DNA of 64,000 nt, from the IMG/VR virus record IMGVR_UViG_3300030419_004292. The stretch is one strand, 5' to 3'. Position numbers and translations under genes: made by a program. The stretch is from an uncultured virus (IMG/VR IMGVR_UViG_3300030419_004292) (taxonomy: Duplodnaviria > Heunggongvirae > Uroviricota > Caudoviricetes). The notes under the pieces are model-generated. The model was not told the origin of the DNA, did no database searches, and saw only the letters and a list, made by a program, of their open reading frames with translations. Shown piece after piece: positions 8,587-16,641 of this stretch (positions are counted from its first letter, which is position 1; every line of letters starts with the position of its first letter).

Positions 8587-9207
8587 ATGCCTTCAAAAAA
8601 AATAGCTTGGGAGAACTGGAAAGAGAAAGTGGACTATAGTCCTCCTGAAAATAAACTAGAAGAAGCAGTAGAAGAAGATGAAGATGCTATAGAAAAAAGT
8701 CTTCTCTCCGCGATGGAAATTCCTAGGCTTGTGCAAACACCTCTGGGAATTTTTCACTATGAGGATAAACTTAAACCGTCAGAAAAATTTGATTGCTGGA
8801 TAGGTTATACAAATTTTGATATAACTCAAAATGTTAGCGATCTAATTGAATGTGTTGACGGAGTCGAAGCCCTTGAAGTAATGAGTAGATACACATTCTT
8901 CCTTGGTGTCGGAAAGATGTTTAACTTTAGGGATGTTAGACTTGGAATTGAAAGTCTAATTCTAGAACCAGAATACCCCGAAGACACATTAACAATTCTT
9001 GACAGTGACGAGATAATAAGAAGCGTAGAAATAATTAAGGAACAGCTATCTTCAGAAAAGCATTGGGCAATATTTGTTTCTAACGAAGGGGATATAGACT
9101 ACGCAAAGACAGACAATAAAAACGACGAACAATTTTTAAAAACTGTGCTATTTTTTGAAGAAACAAAACAATCAATTGGGGGCTTCATATTAAAGTCTGG
9201 AGACTAA
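8587..9207 (+). CDS. hypothetical protein
   Basis: 206-aa ORF with a GGGGTG RBS. Confidence 0.65.
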   Translation: MPSKKIAWENWKEKVDYSPPENKLEEAVEEDEDAIEKSLLSAMEIPRLVQTPLGIFHYEDKLKPSEKFDCWIGYTNFDITQNVSDLIECVDGVEALEVMSRYTFFLGVGKMFNFRDVRLGIESLILEPEYPEDTLTILDSDEIIRSVEIIKEQLSSEKHWAIFVSNEGDIDYAKTDNKNDEQFLKTVLFFEETKQSIGGFILKSGD

Positions 9208-9221
9208 AAAAGGAATGGACT

Positions 9222-9707
9222 GTGATAACGGACAACGACTTTGAAAAAGCCTTGAAGGATTCGAACAACAGGCGAATCATGAACAAGGTTTCATGCAAGT
9301 ATATAAATTCAATTAGTTATGACGATTTGGAATCAGAGAAGCTAATTGTTCTGTGGGAATGTCTAAAAACCTACGACCCCACAAGAAAAAAGAAATTTAC
9401 CTCTTTTTTGTATCAAAAATTAGACTGGAGATACAAAAAGATAGTCAGAGAAAAGAAGCGGAGAAAATCTGTTTTTTACGAAAATATTGACGCCAAAAAC
9501 TACGGTGATGGAACGGACCTAGAGCAAAAAATACAGTCTTACACAGATGGTCTTCCAAAACATCTAACAAAAGTTATAATTCAGTACTACCTTCACAATA
9601 TGACAATTGAAGAAATTGGCAACCAAAACCATTATAGCAGAGAAACAGCTAGAAGACTCATTAAAAAGGCTCTTGGTAAAATCAGACGCAAGTGCGGAGA
9701 GCCTTAG
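9222..9707 (+). CDS. sigma-70 family RNA polymerase sigma factor
   Basis: Region 2-like DDLESE..LWECLKTYDPTRKKKFTSFL and region 4 HTH MTIEEIG....SRETARRLIKKAL. Confidence 0.8.
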   Translation: MITDNDFEKALKDSNNRRIMNKVSCKYINSISYDDLESEKLIVLWECLKTYDPTRKKKFTSFLYQKLDWRYKKIVREKKRRKSVFYENIDAKNYGDGTDLEQKIQSYTDGLPKHLTKVIIQYYLHNMTIEEIGNQNHYSRETARRLIKKALGKIRRKCGEP

Positions 9708-9772
9708 TCTAAAACATCACAGATCCAGCTAAACCTATATATGGTCAAGAATAATAGAGAATTTACAAAAAA

Positions 9773-9788
9773 TTGGTGTATAATATAG
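9773..9788 (+). promoter_or_regulatory. putative promoter (TTGGTGTATAATATAG)
   Basis: TATAAT in the 150-bp intergenic gap with no -35 at canonical spacing; a similar GTGTAT motif occurs at 16145-16156. Confidence 0.45.
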
Positions 9789-9857
9789 TTAGGATTGGAT
9801 CTATAAATTACAGGACAATTGGGATGCGTTTCTGTTTTATACAGAAAGGTCAATAAA

Positions 9858-10544
9858 ATGCCAGTTCCTTTTGGTAATGGTCACCTACTTCAAACAGACG
9901 GCAGTACCGCTTGGGTACAGCAGAGTCAGGGCGGTGTCGCTCTAGGCAACAGAAGCACAGCCGGTCCACTCAGTAAAGTTTTAGGTTTAGATGACGCTCT
10001 TGTAGGAAGACATGTTCCTACAGGTCCAAAGCAAAGAACCGCTTCTGGCGGTACTTACAACGCTACAGTGGCAAACAGTGCCGCTACTGGCGCTTTTGCT
10101 TACGATCAGTCTGCAAACAACAAGTGGATCATGAGAGGTCTAACCAGAACTCTTTCTGGCGCCGACAACACATCAATCCTTAGCGGTTCACACGTTGGTG
10201 CTCGTCATGCCATCCATTCATGGCAGCATGACTTCGGCGTTGGTCTTTTGGCTATGTGGAGAGGCCACAGATTCAGCCATATTGGTAGACTCAAAGATGG
10301 TACTGTTATTAGCTCACGCCTCAACTGGCTTGACGCTGATCACGATGCCGCATCAACTCCCGGCACTCTTACCGGTGGTTATCTATGGGACATTTCTGAC
10401 GGAAATGCTAGCGATAGAGCAGATGATGATGCTCTACCGACTAGGTCGGTTCCCGGCGAATTGGTCTTCATGATCAACTTCACTGATGTAACCTCTTCCG
10501 GTCAGGGCTACAACAAGATTGATTACAAAGCTGTTACAGTTTAG
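9858..10544 (+). CDS. putative virion structural protein
   Basis: Gly/Ala/Thr/Ser-rich; RBS AAAGGT; has its own promoter-like site and terminator. Confidence 0.5.
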   Translation: MPVPFGNGHLLQTDGSTAWVQQSQGGVALGNRSTAGPLSKVLGLDDALVGRHVPTGPKQRTASGGTYNATVANSAATGAFAYDQSANNKWIMRGLTRTLSGADNTSILSGSHVGARHAIHSWQHDFGVGLLAMWRGHRFSHIGRLKDGTVISSRLNWLDADHDAASTPGTLTGGYLWDISDGNASDRADDDALPTRSVPGELVFMINFTDVTSSGQGYNKIDYKAVTV

Positions 10545-10564
10545 TAGTTGTCTTTGGCTATCAT

Positions 10565-10605
10565 GGAGGGGGTTGGCCAACAATTGGTCACCCCCCTTCT
10601 TTTTT
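10565..10605 (+). terminator. Rho-independent terminator
   Basis: GGGGGTTGGCCAA-CAA-TTGGTCACCCCC followed by a T tract. Confidence 0.8.
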
Positions 10606-10626
10606 CCAACCCCATGGAGAAATAAA

Positions 10627-10947
10627 ATGGAATCCGACATTTTTTCGATTCCGGTTTTGGCAGGTATTGTCGCTATTGTCATGGGATTAGGGAAGGTTAT
10701 AGAGATACTGGTTTTAAAAGCTGTTCCTCAAAAATCAGTTCTTATGGATGATGAAAGGGATTGGATCAAGCACACTAATGAAATTATGTCCAAATCTGAC
10801 ACAGATGGAACACCTTTAGTTTATGTTCCTAGAAGTTGGGCAGAAATTCAAAAGGATATGCAACAAGTTATGATAAAAATTGTTAATGATCAACGAAGAA
10901 TAGCTGACATTCTAGATAGAATAGAAAAGAAGCTTGAGGAGAAATAA
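10627..10947 (+). CDS. small membrane protein with C-terminal coiled coil (holin/spanin-like)
   Basis: RBS GGAG; N-terminal TM IPVLAGIVAIVMGLG; heptad-rich C-terminus. Confidence 0.55.
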   Translation: MESDIFSIPVLAGIVAIVMGLGKVIEILVLKAVPQKSVLMDDERDWIKHTNEIMSKSDTDGTPLVYVPRSWAEIQKDMQQVMIKIVNDQRRIADILDRIEKKLEEK

Positions 10948-10952
10948 AGCAT

Positions 10953-11609
10953 ATGATTTTAGTTCCCTATCACGAGGCCATGAATCACATCCAAGAAGCA
11001 GACGTTCTGTTGTTTCGTGGTAAGGGACTAATTTCTTGGTTGATCAAACGATATGGAAGCGGGGTTCATAGCCATGCAGCTATGGCTCACTGGGATGGAG
11101 ATAATCTTGAATGTGTAGAATTTAGAGAGTTCCGTGGAGGTAGATCGGTGTCCATGAAGACACAGGTTGCATCTCATCCAGATAACATAGACGTTTTCAG
11201 ACCCGTGTCTAAAATTGGCTACAGCGAATTTTCATGCTGGCCTGAAAACGAAGATAATCGTTCAGTAAAAATAGAATGTAAAAATGAAGATCGCGAAGCT
11301 ATTTTCGTGCCAGAAGTTGCCAACAAAGTTACTGATACCATGCTGGATCTTACAGGTCTTCCTTACGGATGGAAAAACTTTTTGAAGTTGGGTAAGCATT
11401 ACATGCCTTTTTGCAGGCTTGCCCCTCAAAACATTAAGGATGAAGAACCAAGCGATGTATTTGTATGTAGCACTGCTGTAACATATGCTTACAGAAAGAA
11501 CTATATAGATCCAGTACCATACCTAGCCGACAGCGCCACAACACCTGCTGACTTAGCTAGGTCACCGTTATTTAGGTATCAGTTCACCATACAGAAAGAT
11601 TGGCAATGA
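10953..11609 (+). CDS. permuted papain-like amidase (YaeF/YiiX, NlpC/P60 superfamily)
   Basis: DVLLFRG...SHAAM (His before Cys), PYGW, FVCSTAV and TPADL. Confidence 0.8.
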   Translation: MILVPYHEAMNHIQEADVLLFRGKGLISWLIKRYGSGVHSHAAMAHWDGDNLECVEFREFRGGRSVSMKTQVASHPDNIDVFRPVSKIGYSEFSCWPENEDNRSVKIECKNEDREAIFVPEVANKVTDTMLDLTGLPYGWKNFLKLGKHYMPFCRLAPQNIKDEEPSDVFVCSTAVTYAYRKNYIDPVPYLADSATTPADLARSPLFRYQFTIQKDWQ

Positions 11610-13600
11610 AAAATTTAATTCGCGCTGCTATCTTTGGATTGGTGCTTCTTTTCCCGTCATTGGGATTTGCAAAGTCACTAACGATGGACGAAGCTCTAGA
11701 AGGCGTTTGTAGAGTAAATACTGACGGAGCCAGAGGATCAGGTACGGTTTTTGCCGAAGACGAAGATAAATATTATGTCCTAACAAACGGTCACGTTATT
11801 GGTAGAGCTAGCAGAGGACATTTAGAATTCTTTCAGGACGGCTACAAGTCTGCAATGATTCCCTTTAAGACAGAATATTCTGCCTACGAAGAGGGAACGG
11901 CCTTAGACCTAGCCGTCGTATCTGTTAAGAAAAAATATTTTGGACACTATCCCCCCAGAGTAATCCCATTAGCTCCAAAGGGAACCAACATAAAAGCTAA
12001 TGACCTTGTCATGGCTGGCGGTTGCCCTTCTGCACAATGGGCTTGTGCTTGGAAAGGTAGAGTGATCCGAAATCATGGAGCAACAGTCAGCTTTAACGCT
12101 GCTCCAATAGGCGGTCAGTCTGGGAGCGGTGTGCTAGTTGACATTCAAGATGAAAAGGGTGAGAAGCATACAAGAATAGGTATTCTTCTAGCTTGGAGAG
12201 TTGGAGACGGTGCTTGGACAGATGATGGGCCAACAGACTATGGTGCTGGTTTATCTTTAAAGCAGATCTATTCAATAATCGAAGGGAACGGGCGCGGCCT
12301 TCCAATAGAGGCTTCTTATACAATTATAGCTGATAAAAAAATGACGCCTAAAAAGCCCGAGAGGCTAACCAAGGCTTGTCCACACTGCGGTCACAAGATT
12401 GAGGATCATGTTGTTATCCCTTACAAGGGCGGTCTTAGAAGAACTGAAAAGGGCGAATTCATGTATTGCCCCGAACTGAAACTATCAGGAGGAGGCATTG
12501 CTGACACTGCTCAATATTATGGTGGAATAAGAGTTGGAGAACTCTACGAAGGCAATGGATTATTCCCTTGGTGCCCTTGGAATAGACCATGCCCTCCAGA
12601 GCAGCCAAATCCACAACCGCCAAACCCAGAACCACCCGATAATGGTGGAGGGTTTAATGGCTGGCCGGGAAGACCAAATCCTGATGGGCCTGTTGACCCT
12701 CCTATAGATTTTGAAAAGGAAAAACAACAATATCTAGACAAAATAGCAGAGCTTCAAGAAAAGCTTACAAATCTAGAAGCCCTGTCTGAAAGCCTAAAGG
12801 CTGAACTCAGCGGTACTAACAGCAATCTTTTGAACGCTCAAAACGAAATGAATGGATTAAGAGACCTGCTAGGTGCGACTGAAGGACAAAAAGATATGTT
12901 AAAGTCAAGAGTTGAAGAACTTATAGGATTTGTTGGAGAGAGAGAGAAACAAATAGCACAGCTTAAGGAAGGCTCAGGACATTATTTGGATGACATGACA
13001 GGTGGAAATGGAAATACGGTTGAGAATGTTAGTCTGACATTGGGGGGAGCCAGTATAGGCGCCCTAGCTCTTAAGTATGGTGTCCCTTTGCTAATGGGTG
13101 GCATAAGAAGGAGGCGAAGGAAAAAAGAGGAAAAAGATAGTGACAAAAGTGTTCCCGAAGATTATGATAGGGATGTCTCAAGTGCGTGCGATGATGAGCC
13201 GTGTAATAATGAACCATGTAAGCATGTTCATGAACACGAACATATCCATACACATAGACATAAACACGAAGAAGAATTTATAGTTCCTCCTGATCAATTG
13301 CCAGACCCTAAGACTACGCACGAAATTGATGACTTTACTAAGCATGCACCCGGACTACATCCCGGCTTTTTGGGATATGGAGTTCCTGTGTCTGTTAACT
13401 ATAGTCAACAACCTATGGCGGCAAATGGATTGCCTCCTCAATTTATGAACATGCCGTTTTCAAAACACGCAACGGCAGAACAAGTAATGACTGTTTTTGG
13501 AGAATTGATGAACGAGTACAGGGATGACCAAACTATGACAATGGGTCAGATAGACGTTTTGTTACGTCAAAGATTAAAGCAAAAGTATAACATAGAATAA
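11606..13600 (+). CDS. exported trypsin-like serine protease with Pro-rich linker, coiled coil, TM and His-rich tail
   Basis: Signal peptide; catalytic triad TNGHV / DLAVV / GGQSGSG; CPHC; PQPPNP linker; heptads; TM followed by RRRRRKK. Confidence 0.8.
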   Translation: MKNLIRAAIFGLVLLFPSLGFAKSLTMDEALEGVCRVNTDGARGSGTVFAEDEDKYYVLTNGHVIGRASRGHLEFFQDGYKSAMIPFKTEYSAYEEGTALDLAVVSVKKKYFGHYPPRVIPLAPKGTNIKANDLVMAGGCPSAQWACAWKGRVIRNHGATVSFNAAPIGGQSGSGVLVDIQDEKGEKHTRIGILLAWRVGDGAWTDDGPTDYGAGLSLKQIYSIIEGNGRGLPIEASYTIIADKKMTPKKPERLTKACPHCGHKIEDHVVIPYKGGLRRTEKGEFMYCPELKLSGGGIADTAQYYGGIRVGELYEGNGLFPWCPWNRPCPPEQPNPQPPNPEPPDNGGGFNGWPGRPNPDGPVDPPIDFEKEKQQYLDKIAELQEKLTNLEALSESLKAELSGTNSNLLNAQNEMNGLRDLLGATEGQKDMLKSRVEELIGFVGEREKQIAQLKEGSGHYLDDMTGGNGNTVENVSLTLGGASIGALALKYGVPLLMGGIRRRRRKKEEKDSDKSVPEDYDRDVSSACDDEPCNNEPCKHVHEHEHIHTHRHKHEEEFIVPPDQLPDPKTTHEIDDFTKHAPGLHPGFLGYGVPVSVNYSQQPMAANGLPPQFMNMPFSKHATAEQVMTVFGELMNEYRDDQTMTMGQIDVLLRQRLKQKYNIE

Positions 13601-13612
13601 CGGAGAACTATA

Positions 13613-14404
13613 ATGTCCGATCTAGTAATTCCAGTTCACGACGCAATCCTTCCTTACATGTACGAAGGCGTCAAGTGGGCTATTCCAAATGTTGGAGACA
13701 ACAAAGAAACTCATAACCTAGCTATGGCTAGACTGTTCGATAAGATTGGTGAACACCTACAGGCTTTCAGTGTAAGGACTGACTGCTTTGTTCCCGGTCC
13801 ACCAACACTAGGCGCTGTCAAGCATCATCACAATATGTATGTGCGCCTATGCAATCTTATTGACACTAACACCAAACGTGATAATGTTGAGCGACTAGAA
13901 GCTCACCACATTACGCACGAACGTAGAGCTTTCAAGATTTATCCTATCCGATATTTCGACGTAAAGAACGACTACTGTCGCAGATGGATCGAGCTTTGCC
14001 TACAGGCTCTAAGCAATCTTGCTCAGCTAAGTGAAAACACTTGGTCTAACGACTGGTCAATTTCCACAGCAAAAGAAATGAAGAAGCTGTTCCGAGAAGC
14101 GTATCGTCTTATGTGCGCGGAACTATTTCAGGTTCCTCTCGCAGACTGCGAAAACATTTTTAATGATGATGAAAATGGTCCATTCTTCTTGACTAAGTCA
14201 CACTTCGATGCTTATGATGTTAGTCATATTCCAACCATTGAATGGATCAAACATCCTGCTCTTGGTAGCGAGTTTACAGAAGACGAGCTTAGACCAATTG
14301 CAACACCTAATGTTCCGGTTGCTCCCGGCGTGGCAGAAAACGAAAAGAATACGCCGCAGCGTGAGCTAGAACAGCGCATGCAAGGTGGAGAGACGGTGAA
14401 CTGA
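13613..14404 (+). CDS. hypothetical protein
   Basis: 263-aa ORF with RBS GGAG. Confidence 0.7.
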   Translation: MSDLVIPVHDAILPYMYEGVKWAIPNVGDNKETHNLAMARLFDKIGEHLQAFSVRTDCFVPGPPTLGAVKHHHNMYVRLCNLIDTNTKRDNVERLEAHHITHERRAFKIYPIRYFDVKNDYCRRWIELCLQALSNLAQLSENTWSNDWSISTAKEMKKLFREAYRLMCAELFQVPLADCENIFNDDENGPFFLTKSHFDAYDVSHIPTIEWIKHPALGSEFTEDELRPIATPNVPVAPGVAENEKNTPQRELEQRMQGGETVN

Positions 14405-14421
14405 GGAGGCTCAGCCAGTTT

Positions 14422-14454
14422 TAGGGGGTCTGGTTAAAAATCCCCTATTTTTTT
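14422..14454 (+). terminator. Rho-independent terminator
   Basis: TAGGGG...CCCCTA followed by T7. Confidence 0.65.
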
Positions 14455-14474
14455 AACTCAAGGAAGGACGGACA

Positions 14475-15449
14475 ATGTACAGGCAACTTCTAGCTGGATT
14501 TATTTTTCTCTTGACGGCCTCTTCTCTTCAGGCTCAAGATAACAAGCTATACCAACACCTACAAGACGTATCCGTGACTGTAAAGTCTGGATTCGGAGAA
14601 GGTTCTGGCGTCATTGTTACACGAGAGGTAGAGGTGTCACCCAATGTTAAGCAGAAGGTCAACTTTGTATGGACTGCTGCTCACGTAGTTGATGGACTGC
14701 GATCAGAGAGAAGGGTGGTTGAAAATGGTCAGACAAAAAGAATTATTGAATTTAAAGATGCCCAGATTGTTAAGGAGTTAGTTGAGGATGGTCGTCGTGT
14801 TGGCGAAATCAAGATGGAAGCTAAGGTAATCAAATACTCCGATGCTGAAAACGGAGAAGACTTGGCTCTCTTGATGGTTAGAAAGAAAGGCTTTATTGAC
14901 AAGACCACCACTTTCTACAAGGGTTCTGGTAAGCCAGTCGCTATTGGTACTGAGCTATATCATGTGGGCAGTCTACTAGGTCAAGTTGGAAGTAATTCCA
15001 TGACGCGGGGAATTTGTTCTCAAGTCGGTAGAGTTCTTGATCTAGGAAACAGCGACGGAGTAGTCTTCGATCAAACGACAGTCACTGCTTTTCCGGGGTC
15101 TAGTGGAGGTGGAGTATTTCTGAGTGAGCGAAGCAAGGAAAATGCCGGTCAATATATCGGAATGCTTGTTCGTGGCGCTGGAGAAACTTTCAACCTTATT
15201 GTCCCCGTAAGACGCATGAGATCCTATGCCAAGAAAGAGGGTGTTCTGTGGGCAATTGACACAGATGTAAAGGTTCCAAGTCTAAAGGAAGTTACATCTC
15301 TCAACCCAGAAGGCAATGCCGCATCAAAAACTCCAAACACTAAGAGCATCCCAACAAAGGATGGTTTAAGATTTCCTGTTCTTCCTGTAAGAACTCAGTC
15401 TAAAGACAAGGTAAAAATAGGAAGACTGCCAAATGCAAATAAATCATAA
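14475..15449 (+). CDS. exported trypsin-like serine protease
   Basis: Signal peptide ending LQA; triad TAAHV / DLALL / PGSSGGG. Confidence 0.85.
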   Translation: MYRQLLAGFIFLLTASSLQAQDNKLYQHLQDVSVTVKSGFGEGSGVIVTREVEVSPNVKQKVNFVWTAAHVVDGLRSERRVVENGQTKRIIEFKDAQIVKELVEDGRRVGEIKMEAKVIKYSDAENGEDLALLMVRKKGFIDKTTTFYKGSGKPVAIGTELYHVGSLLGQVGSNSMTRGICSQVGRVLDLGNSDGVVFDQTTVTAFPGSSGGGVFLSERSKENAGQYIGMLVRGAGETFNLIVPVRRMRSYAKKEGVLWAIDTDVKVPSLKEVTSLNPEGNAASKTPNTKSIPTKDGLRFPVLPVRTQSKDKVKIGRLPNANKS

Positions 15450-15639
15450 GGAAGTGAAGAAGGCAAAAGGGGAATTTTGTAAAAACTCTGAAAGTTCCGG
15501 GGCGATACTCTTGCCCGAGGAAGACGGGTTTCGTAAAATGGTTGCCTACAAGGTAGGCTCAGAGTGGGTCTGGATTAACAAAAGGTTTAATAAAAAGGCT
15601 AATGGGAAAAACAATAAGAAGAAAGTCCAAAAGAGATAA
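15433..15639 (+). CDS. hypothetical basic protein
   Basis: Short ORF overlapping the end of the protease. Confidence 0.45.
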   Translation: MQINHKEVKKAKGEFCKNSESSGAILLPEEDGFRKMVAYKVGSEWVWINKRFNKKANGKNNKKKVQKR

Positions 15640-15683
15640 GAAGCGTCTTAAGCAATTGAATAGAGATCGAAAGCAAAAGAAAA

Positions 15684-16142
15684 ATGAAAGATCGGCTAAC
15701 GTGGGATGAGTATTTCATAGGTTTAGCTGAGTTCATATCAATAAGAAGCCACGATCTAGAGACCCAAGTAGGATGTGTAATTGTCGACGACAATAACCAT
15801 GTTATAGGCTTGGGATATAATGGATTTTGTTCTGGGGTAGACGATTCAGAGCTACCCAAAACAAGACCGGATAAGTATCCGTTTATTGTTCACGCAGAAC
15901 AAAACGCTTTAGCAAATATGTCTTTAAAAAGCTCTGCTAAAAAAAGAGCTTATATAACAGCGTACCCTTGCTCTATTTGTGCCAAGCTTCTGTGGCAAAA
16001 TGGCATCAAGAATTGGTATGTCTCAAAGGGAGGCAAAGCTCATTCGTTTGACAACAATGACGCCGAGGTAATTTCTCATCTAAAAAGCTTTGGTCTAACG
16101 TTAGAAGAAATACCAGTAAAAACAAAGGTGTCTTTGCTATAG
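15684..16142 (+). CDS. dCMP deaminase
   Basis: WDEYF, VGCVI, GYNG, HAEQN and PCSIC zinc motifs. Confidence 0.9.
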   Translation: MKDRLTWDEYFIGLAEFISIRSHDLETQVGCVIVDDNNHVIGLGYNGFCSGVDDSELPKTRPDKYPFIVHAEQNALANMSLKSSAKKRAYITAYPCSICAKLLWQNGIKNWYVSKGGKAHSFDNNDAEVISHLKSFGLTLEEIPVKTKVSLL

Positions 16143-16280
16143 TTTTGTGTATATAGTTGTGTCGAGGCATTAGCGATACAGCCCGATCATCTAATACACA
16201 ATTGCTGGTAGAAGTATTGCTATAACATGCCCAATTACAGAGTAATACATAATGGTCCACCAAAAAGACGGGCAGTCAAA

Positions 16281-16637
16281 ATGCAACAACCACAAGAGGG
16301 CTTTACAACAAAAGCAAAAGTAACAAGGGTTATAGACGGCGATACGGTAGACGTAGAGATAACTAGGAAGGTTAGAGTAAGACTTAAGGACTGCTGGGCA
16401 CCAGAAAAAAAAAGTAGAGACATTGTAGAAAAACAAAAGGGAATGGCATCCCTAGCACACCTTGCCGCAGTTATAGACGACAAAGAAATCGTATTATTTA
16501 TTCCCGCAGATGACAAAGGTGAAATAAAAGACGTATTCACATTTGGAAGGGTCGTCGGTCATATCTTTTATAATGAAGAAGATATGTCGGAACACATGAT
16601 AGAATCAGGACACGCCACAAGATATAAGGTTAAATAA
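16281..16637 (+). CDS. thermonuclease (SNase-like) family protein
   Basis: RVIDGDTV, VRL..CWAPE, FGRVVG and MIESGHA. The start could alternatively be 16227. Confidence 0.8.
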   Translation: MQQPQEGFTTKAKVTRVIDGDTVDVEITRKVRVRLKDCWAPEKKSRDIVEKQKGMASLAHLAAVIDDKEIVLFIPADDKGEIKDVFTFGRVVGHIFYNEEDMSEHMIESGHATRYKVK

Positions 16638-16641
16638 CAAA

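Noticed and set aside
16143..16280. NrdR box or cobalamin riboswitch before nrdJ
   Set aside because: The match to the NrdR palindrome is poor, and the region is short with no B12-box motif.
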